DNA from: Candidatus Woesearchaeota archaeon
GTDB lineage: Archaea > Nanobdellota > Nanobdellia > SCGC-AAA011-G17 > GW2011-AR18
Direction: 5' to 3'
DNA: 37,391 bases
NCBI GenBank assembly: GCA_018303515.1
Contig: JAGVXZ010000025.1
Span: 1 to 37,391 of the forward strand
Positions 26,797-33,700 of this stretch are shown piece by piece. A program made the position numbers and the translations under genes. Under the pieces are notes generated by a model. It was not told the DNA's origin, did not search any database, and saw nothing but the letters and a program-made list of their open reading frames with translations. The number at the start of each line of letters is the position of its first letter. Position 1 is the first letter of the stretch.

Positions 26797-26943
26797 CAAC
26801 TCATCTTTAAAATGTTTATTCTTCTTTTGACAAGAATTACAAACTACTTTTTTTTTACCGTTTATAATTACATAACTACCAACAATTTTTCCTAAAAAAG
26901 TCTCTTCAATCTTTTCCTTGCATAACTCACATTTTAAGGCCAT
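26791..26943 (-). CDS. 50-aa zinc-ribbon micro-protein (hypothetical)
   Basis: Not in the ORF track. My codon-by-codon translation is MALKCELCKEKIEETFLGKIVGSYVIINGKKKVVCNSCQKKNKHFKDELL-stop, containing CxxC...CxxC. TTTATATA lies about 25-30 nt upstream of the ATG, a leaderless-type geometry. It is 30 nt downstream of the TK1-like gene. Confidence 0.45.
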   Translation of the reverse strand: MALKCELCKEKIEETFLGKIVGSYVIINGKKKVVCNSCQKKNKHFKDELL

Positions 26944-26973
26944 ATCATAAAGTTAATTTAAAAATATATAAAG

Positions 26974-27837
26974 CTAATCAAATTTAGTAAATAACTCCCC
27001 ATCATTAGTTTCAATCACCATTCTCGCAACTTCATCATTAACTAAAAAGTTTAAAATCTCTTCTATGTTAGGCGTACTCTCAAATCTTCTTTTAACAGCT
27101 TCCCTCTTTCTCCCAGGATGTTCATCGACAAATTCAGCAATTTCTAAGACCTCTTCTTTGTAAGGTACTTCAAAGTGTTCTTCACATAATATAGCATATG
27201 GACTATCCCCATCCCTAATAGTTCTATCAAAATAAGGTGCTCTACTTAATCCATTCTCTACTTTACCTTCTCTATGAACCGCAACATTCCCAGAATTAGA
27301 TAAAAACCTTCCTGTATAGCTTGATTTTTTTCCACAAGGTTTTCCATTAACATCAATCATACAATAACCATGAAAAATTTCAACATTTTCAGGTCCAGCA
27401 AGTTGCATTAAATCTCCCATTGGCCCAAATGGATTTCCTCTAAAATCTAAATCTAATCCCCCAACAAGAACCGCCCTTTTTTTTCTAGCTATTCCTGTTA
27501 AAACTGTTGGTAATTCTCTATCCCAAAAATTCCCTTCGTCAACAATTAAAGTAGAAACCCTCTCCCCTCTTTCTCTCTCAAGAGTTGCAATATACCTTGG
27601 AATTTCACTGGATTTATTCAAAACTTTTGCTTGAATAATTTTTCCTGTTCTACTTCTTATTATCTCACCATGGGTAGTGTCTCTTCCGTTTATTGCACTA
27701 TTGACTGCAGCATAACCAACACTTGCATGCGAAAGATCCTGTGCAAAGGCAATTAACTCATCAGTTTTCCTTGTCCACATAGAACCAGCAAGAACATGAA
27801 CCCTCCCAACAATATCATAATAAGAAATTCTTCCCAT
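26974..27837 (-). CDS. thymidine-kinase (TK1/type II)-like protein with non-canonical Walker A and C-terminal extension
   Basis: 287 aa, colinear with TK1 blocks. HVLAGSMWTRKTDELI aligns with GPMFSGKSTELI, LIVDEGNFW with IDEAQFF, and VLVGGLDLDFRGNPFGPMGDL with GLDxDFrxxpF. The Zn/lasso region reads YCMIDVNGKPCGKKSSYTGRF...YAILCEEHF. About 65 extra C-terminal residues are present. Confidence 0.75.
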   Translation of the reverse strand: MGRISYYDIVGRVHVLAGSMWTRKTDELIAFAQDLSHASVGYAAVNSAINGRDTTHGEIIRSRTGKIIQAKVLNKSSEIPRYIATLERERGERVSTLIVDEGNFWDRELPTVLTGIARKKRAVLVGGLDLDFRGNPFGPMGDLMQLAGPENVEIFHGYCMIDVNGKPCGKKSSYTGRFLSNSGNVAVHREGKVENGLSRAPYFDRTIRDGDSPYAILCEEHFEVPYKEEVLEIAEFVDEHPGRKREAVKRRFESTPNIEEILNFLVNDEVARMVIETNDGELFTKFD

Positions 27838-28042
27838 AAAAATGCAATACTAGAAGAATATTAAAACCTTCATCAAAACTTTAAAGTGAAAACTCCTTCC
27901 AAAGAAAAAATCTCCTCTCTTTTAGTAAACCTTTTTTCATAAGATAAAATGAGTAACAAAAGCCTATAAATCTTACTCACAAAATTTTATACATGGTGTT
28001 ATACAAATACTTATAAACTTTAAAATTAATGAATCTCTATAG

Positions 28043-28891
28043 GTGGTTTTGACAAAAATAATTAGACAAAAGGTCCAAGATTTTGTATTTCAAAAGCCTA
28101 GAACAGTTCAAGAAATTTCTGAATTAATTAAAATAAATTGGAGAACTGCAGATAGATATATTGAGAGAATAGGACAAGAGGAAGGAACAATAGCTGTTCA
28201 AACTTTTAGAGAAGGAACAAGAGGGTCATTAAAAATAGTTTATTGGATCAACCAACCTCAACAACAATCTTCTAATATTCAAGAAAGACTATTTAAATTG
28301 ATAGAATCCTCAAGGCATAAGGATGATTTTTCTCCCTTTGATATTTATCAATATTTAAATGATGAAAAAAGAAGGGCTTTTATTGAAGAAGATGTTGAAA
28401 AGAGTGAGAAATATTTAGATCAGGATTTAATAGAACTAATTTTAGAAACTAAAGAACAGTTATTAATCTTTTCAGGCAATTTATCTTGGGTAAACATTGA
28501 AAAGAAAAATAAAAGTTTTCTCAGTGGATTAAAGGAACTTCTCCAAAATGGAGTTTCAGTAAAAATACTTTGTAATATCGATATTGCAAGTATTCAAAAT
28601 GTAGAAAAGGTATTAGAATTAAATTTTCATTATCCCAAAAATCCAATTGAAATAAAACATTCAGAACAACCATTAAGAGCGTTTGTAGTTGATAACAAGT
28701 TTGCAAGATTTAAAGAATCAAAACACCCACACAATTATACTTTGCTTAAGAGAAAAACTTATATTTTCTATGAAATATTAGATGATTCTTGGATTGAATG
28801 GACAAAGAGAGTATTCTGGAATTTATTTAGATCTGGGATACCTGCAGAAAAGAGAATAAAGGACATTTGGTCAATTCAAAATCTAAAATAA
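28043..28891 (+). CDS. TrmB-like transcription regulator: N-terminal wHTH plus degenerate PLD-like domain
   Basis: 282 aa with a GTG start (no in-frame ATG nearby). The wHTH is PRTVQEISELIKINWRTADRYIERIGQEEG. The later segment IEIKHSEQPLRAFVVDNKF looks like an HKD motif with K replaced by E, as in the TrmB middle domain. Confidence 0.6.
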   Translation: MVLTKIIRQKVQDFVFQKPRTVQEISELIKINWRTADRYIERIGQEEGTIAVQTFREGTRGSLKIVYWINQPQQQSSNIQERLFKLIESSRHKDDFSPFDIYQYLNDEKRRAFIEEDVEKSEKYLDQDLIELILETKEQLLIFSGNLSWVNIEKKNKSFLSGLKELLQNGVSVKILCNIDIASIQNVEKVLELNFHYPKNPIEIKHSEQPLRAFVVDNKFARFKESKHPHNYTLLKRKTYIFYEILDDSWIEWTKRVFWNLFRSGIPAEKRIKDIWSIQNLK

Positions 28892-28939
28892 ATTTTATTC
28901 AATCTAAATTATTTTAAATAGTACTTAAACAGTTAACTC

Positions 28940-30076
28940 ATGGAAGGATATGTTCTCTCATCACAAGATATAGTTTCATTAATTGATCATGGATCAATAT
29001 TTTCAGAAAATCCAATTGATCTTAAAAATAGAATCAAACCTGCAAGTTTTGAGCCCACATTTGGTTCAGAAGCATTTGAAATTACTGCCGCATTTCTTCC
29101 AGAAATTGGAAAAAATATAGAAGAACAGATTGAACGAAGATTAGTAAAAAAAATCAATCTCAGAAATAGTTATAGACTTGAAGTTGGTAAAGCCTATGTT
29201 ATTCCATTACAAGAAGGATTTGATCTTTCTGGTGAAAAAGAAATTCATGCAAAATGTAATCCAAGAAGTAGATGTGGGAGAATAGATTTTTTCTTAAGGC
29301 TACTAGTTGATGGTGTTGATTCCTATGATAAAATCCCCCTTAATTACGTTGGTAAAGCTTATGTACTAGCCATTCCCCATTCATTTCCAATTATAGCTTA
29401 TACAGGATTTCCTGGTGTTCAATTAAGATTCATGATTGGAAATCCAGAACTGTCTGATTCAGAAATAAAAAAATCAATTAATGGAAAAGATAGTTTAGAA
29501 CTTTTTAGACAAAATGGGAGTAAAATATTTTCTCCTGACGTTGGAATAAAAAAAGGTTTAATTAACACAGTTAATCTAACACCAGGAAGTTTATTGGGAT
29601 TTAAAGCAAAAAAATTTGAAGGCACAAATGAATCATGGCCAGCAATAGATTTAAAAAAAATAGGGTGGCATGATGTAAATCTTTTTTTTATTCCATTAAC
29701 AGAATCAATAAATGGTTCACTAATACTTGAACCAGATACATTTTATTTGTTTCAAACATTACAAGTGATAAAAGTCCCCGATAACTTCGCAACAGACATT
29801 GTTCCGATTGATGCAACACTGGGCGAATATAGATCACACTATGCTGGTTTTGTAGACCCGGGGTTTAATGGAACACTTACTTTAGAAGTAAGGGTTTTTT
29901 CAAGAACAGAATTAAGACATAATCAAGCTGTATGCAGGATTGTATGTGAAAAGTTAAATAAATTTACGAATATAAAATATTCTGAAATAAACTCTGCACA
30001 TTTTAACCAGAATTGGCCAAATCCAGGTGCATTTTTTAATATGAATACAATTAAAGAGTTAATAAATCAAAATTAA
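28940..30076 (+). CDS. dcd: long (two-domain) 2'-deoxycytidine 5'-triphosphate deaminase-like protein, dUTPase fold
   Basis: 378 aa. The N-terminal half reads GYVLSSQDIVSLIDHGSI...IKPASFEPTFGSEAF. The C-terminal half has the Dcd/Dut signature YAGFVDPGFNGTLTLEVRVFS...LRHNQAVCRIVCEKL. A T6 run follows the stop. Confidence 0.75.
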   Translation: MEGYVLSSQDIVSLIDHGSIFSENPIDLKNRIKPASFEPTFGSEAFEITAAFLPEIGKNIEEQIERRLVKKINLRNSYRLEVGKAYVIPLQEGFDLSGEKEIHAKCNPRSRCGRIDFFLRLLVDGVDSYDKIPLNYVGKAYVLAIPHSFPIIAYTGFPGVQLRFMIGNPELSDSEIKKSINGKDSLELFRQNGSKIFSPDVGIKKGLINTVNLTPGSLLGFKAKKFEGTNESWPAIDLKKIGWHDVNLFFIPLTESINGSLILEPDTFYLFQTLQVIKVPDNFATDIVPIDATLGEYRSHYAGFVDPGFNGTLTLEVRVFSRTELRHNQAVCRIVCEKLNKFTNIKYSEINSAHFNQNWPNPGAFFNMNTIKELINQN

Positions 30077-30204
30077 TTTTTTAATTCCACATAAAAAAAC
30101 TAGTAGTCTCATACTAAAATTCTACTACTAAAAAATAAAATGTTTGTAACAACTTGATAGTTTAAGTCCTTTTTTATATAATTATTTACTCTAAACACAA
30201 AATC

Positions 30205-30213
30205 TTTATAAAA
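30205..30213 (+). promoter_or_regulatory. TATA-box-like element of the nrdR-nrdJ promoter
   Basis: tttataaaa, followed by NrdR box 1 about 8 nt downstream. The predicted TSS, about 25 nt downstream, falls within or next to box 1. Confidence 0.45.
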
Positions 30214-30220
30214 GGGACAA

Positions 30221-30268
30221 ACACTAGATGTCTTACATTTCAAACAAATCAAACACTAGATATAGTGT
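30221..30268 (+). promoter_or_regulatory. tandem NrdR boxes
   Basis: Box 2, acactagatatagtgt (30253..30268), has perfect 6-nt inverted arms. It matches 15/16 positions of the bacterial NrdR-box consensus as I recall it (acaCwAtATaTwGtgt). Box 1, acactagatgtcttac (30221..30236), matches 10/16. The 12-mer caaacactagat is repeated exactly 32 bp apart. Confidence 0.6.
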
Positions 30269-30277
30269 ATTTACAAA

Positions 30278-30763
30278 ATGCAATGCCCATACTGTTTAAC
30301 AGAAGATACAAAAGTCCTTGAGACTAGAGAAAATGATAATTCCACAAGAAGAAGACGTGAATGTTTGAAATGTGAAAAAAGATTTACCACTTATGAAAGA
30401 GTTGAATCATTAGATATCACAGTAATAAAAAAGAATGGTTCAAAAGAATCATTTGATAGAGAAAAGTTTAAGAGAAGTTTGCTTAAGGCATGTGAAAAAA
30501 GACCTGTTACGTTAGAAGTAATAGATAAAAATGTAGACAAACTTGAAACGAAATTAAGATCTCTAAATTCCACAGAAATAAACTCAAAGTTTTTAGGGCA
30601 AATTGCCATGCGTGCATTAAAAAATATTGATAATGTGGCCTACATAAGATTTGCATCTATTTACAAAGAATTTGAAGATGTGGGTGATTATGAAAAAGAA
30701 ATTATAAAAATAAAAGGGGTAATTAAAAATGAACGAACAACAAATTCAAATACAAAAAAGTAA
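30278..30763 (+). CDS. nrdR: NrdR transcriptional repressor (Zn-ribbon + ATP-cone)
   Basis: 161 aa starting MQCPYCLTEDTKVLETR...RRRRECLKCEKRFTTYE, followed by an ATP-cone (VIKKNGSKESFDREKFKRSL...VAYIRFASIYKEF). Confidence 0.9.
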   Translation: MQCPYCLTEDTKVLETRENDNSTRRRRECLKCEKRFTTYERVESLDITVIKKNGSKESFDREKFKRSLLKACEKRPVTLEVIDKNVDKLETKLRSLNSTEINSKFLGQIAMRALKNIDNVAYIRFASIYKEFEDVGDYEKEIIKIKGVIKNERTTNSNTKK

Positions 30764-33700
30764 AATTGAATTAACTGAAAACCAATTAAAAGTTATAAAA
30801 GATAAATATCTTAAGGATTCTCCCACAGTTGAAGATTGGCTTTATGGAATTGCAACAAATGTTGCATTGGGAGATATTCTTCATATTCCTGGTGTTAATG
30901 AAAATCAAATCTTTGATGGTGTAAAAATAACAAAAGAGATTACAGAACCTATAAGGGGAAATATTTCTAAGGTTTATCTTTTTCATAAAGGAATAAATGA
31001 ATACAATATAAGGAATGATAACATTAAGAAATTTTTAGAGAATTTAAAAGAACTCGCAACTACTGATATAAAATGTAAAAATATTGTAGAAGAGACTGCA
31101 CAGAAATTTTATAATTTAATGTCTAATTTTGAATTTTTACCAAATTCTCCAACTTTAATGAATGCAGGAAGGGATTTACAACAGTTAAGTGCATGTTTTA
31201 GAGAAGATCAGCCTATAATGACTGCAAATGGAATAAAACCAATTATTGAGATTAAACAAGGCGACCGAGTTCTAACTGCTTCAGGTAATTACAAAGAAGT
31301 TACTCATGTAATGCAAAGATTTGTTGAAAGTTATAGGGTAATAGATGTATGGAAACTTCCAAATAAAACTCTGCGTGTAACAGACGAACATCCAATATTA
31401 TGTTTAGATAAAGAATCAAAAAAACCAATATGGAAATTAGCCGGTAATCTTCAAGAAGAAGATTTCGTAGCAGTTTCATACCCAAAACAAATAGTAGATC
31501 TAAAAAAATTAGAAGTAATTAATTACATGGATTCTAAATTCGTAGTTCATGAAAATAAAATATATAAATTAAATAAAGATAAAAGATGTCCAAGATATAA
31601 TAAACAAATAAAACCAGTCTATAATGAGATAGATGTGGATGCAGACCTAATGAAGATTTTTGGATATTTTTTAAGTGAAGGGGATATAGATGGAAGAGAT
31701 AGTGTGAGATTTACCTTCAATTCTGATGAATTAGAATATATGGAAGATGTAATTTATTTAATGAAAAAAAAATTTGGTTTAGGATCTAAGATTGAAAAAT
31801 CTAATTCTGGTCACTGGTCGAATGTACGCTTCCATTCAATTATTCTAGTTGGATTATTTGAAAAAATTTTAGGCAAAGGTTTCAGCAAAAAAAGGGTTCC
31901 CTCTTGGATATTAACTCTCCCAAAAGAAAAACAAAAGGGATTATTATTTGGTTTATTGAGAGGGGATGGTTATAGTTTCCAAAATCGTCACAATACAAAT
32001 ATAAAAGCAGTACTTTCAAATAAAGATTTGGTTTATTGTATTTGGGCAATATTTGCAAGATTAGGTATTTTATCATCATTCAAGAAAAATAATCTTCAAA
32101 AATTAAGTACAACTAATTCATATACTTGCCAATTAAATGGTTTTGAATCTGGGAAGCTCTTTAATGAAATATTTGTAGGGAGAGAATTTAAGGGTCTCAG
32201 CCAGTTAAATATGAGGCGTGTTAAATGCTTATGTATAGGAGAAATGTTTTATCTACCAATAAAAAATATTACCGTTGTGTTCGAACCAACCACGGTCTAC
32301 AATTTCGAGGTTGAAGGTGAACACACATACGTTGCAAATAATATTGCTGTTCACAATTGTTACGTATTGCCTGTTGAAGATTCAATTGAAGGTTGGTTAA
32401 AAGCAGTAACTTCTGCAGGAATAATTCATAAGTCTGGCGGTGGTACAGGATTTTCAGTTTCAAGAGTAAGGCCTAAAGGTTCTAATGTTAAATCTACAAA
32501 AGGTGTTGCATCAGGCCCCTTATCTCCTTTAAGGATGATAGATGGAATGACTGCAGAAATTAAACAGGGTGGGCAACGAAGGGGAGCGAACATGGGAATC
32601 TTATCAGTGCATCATCCTGATATAAAAGATTTTATTTCCATTAAAAAAACACCTGGGCAATTAGAAAATTTCAATATTTCAGTTGCAATTGACGATGAGT
32701 TTATGGAAGCAGTCAGAACAAATTCAGAGTATGATTTAATTGATCCTAACACAAATAAAGTTGTAAGAAAAGAATCTGCAAGAAAAATTTGGGATGAAAT
32801 GGTAAAGGGTGCATGGGAAACTGGAGACCCTGGCTTTGTTGTTATTGATAGAATTAATAATACAGATTCAAATCCAACTCCCCATCTAGGTTTGATTGAG
32901 TCAACTAATCCTTGCGGTGAACAACCTTTATTACCAAATGAGCCCTGTTTTGCACCCGATACATTAATTACAACAAAGGGGGGTCTAGAAACTATAGAGG
33001 GGTTATATCAAAAACAAATAAATGGTGAAAAGATTATCATTGCAACTGATAATATTGTAGATAGCAGAGTGGGAATTGAGTTTAAACCTTGTTTAGTTTC
33101 AAAAACAGGATATAAAAAAATAGTCGAAGTAAACTTAAACAACGGGCAGGAAATTAAGGTCACACCAAACCACCAGATTTTTACAACTAAAGGATGGAAA
33201 AGAGCAGAAAAATTAACAAGAGAAGATGAAGTATTTATTCAAAGTAGTTCAATATATCAAAGTGTAGACGAAGGGATCGTTTCTTCTGAAATAGTGGAAG
33301 AATCACTTCTTGGTTGGTTATGTGGTGATGGATGGTTTACGAGAGGAAAAAGATATTCGATAGGTATCTGTTTTGGACAAGAAGAAACGTTTGCACAAAA
33401 AAAATTAATTCCACTATTTAAGAAATATTTCAACTGCAACTCAAACAGTTATATTGATAAAAATGATGTGATACAAATCTCAACAGAAAAAAATTATGCA
33501 GTTGAGAAATTAATTGAATTAGGTTTAAAACCTGGAAGGGCCCCGCATAAAGAGATTCCAGATTATATTCTCACAACAAAAAAAGAAAAAATATCTAGTT
33601 ATTTAGGAGCATTATTTAGTGCAGATGGTGAAGTAAGTTTATATAGGAGGAGGGTAAGATTTACAAGTGCTTCACCTAAATTAATTAAACAAGTACAGCT

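Noticed and set aside
30086-30135. Possible hairpin (tagtag / ctacta) after dcd, as a structured terminator or ncRNA
   Set aside because: Only a 6-bp AT-rich stem with a 15-nt loop. The T6 run right after the dcd stop is a sufficient archaeal termination signal.
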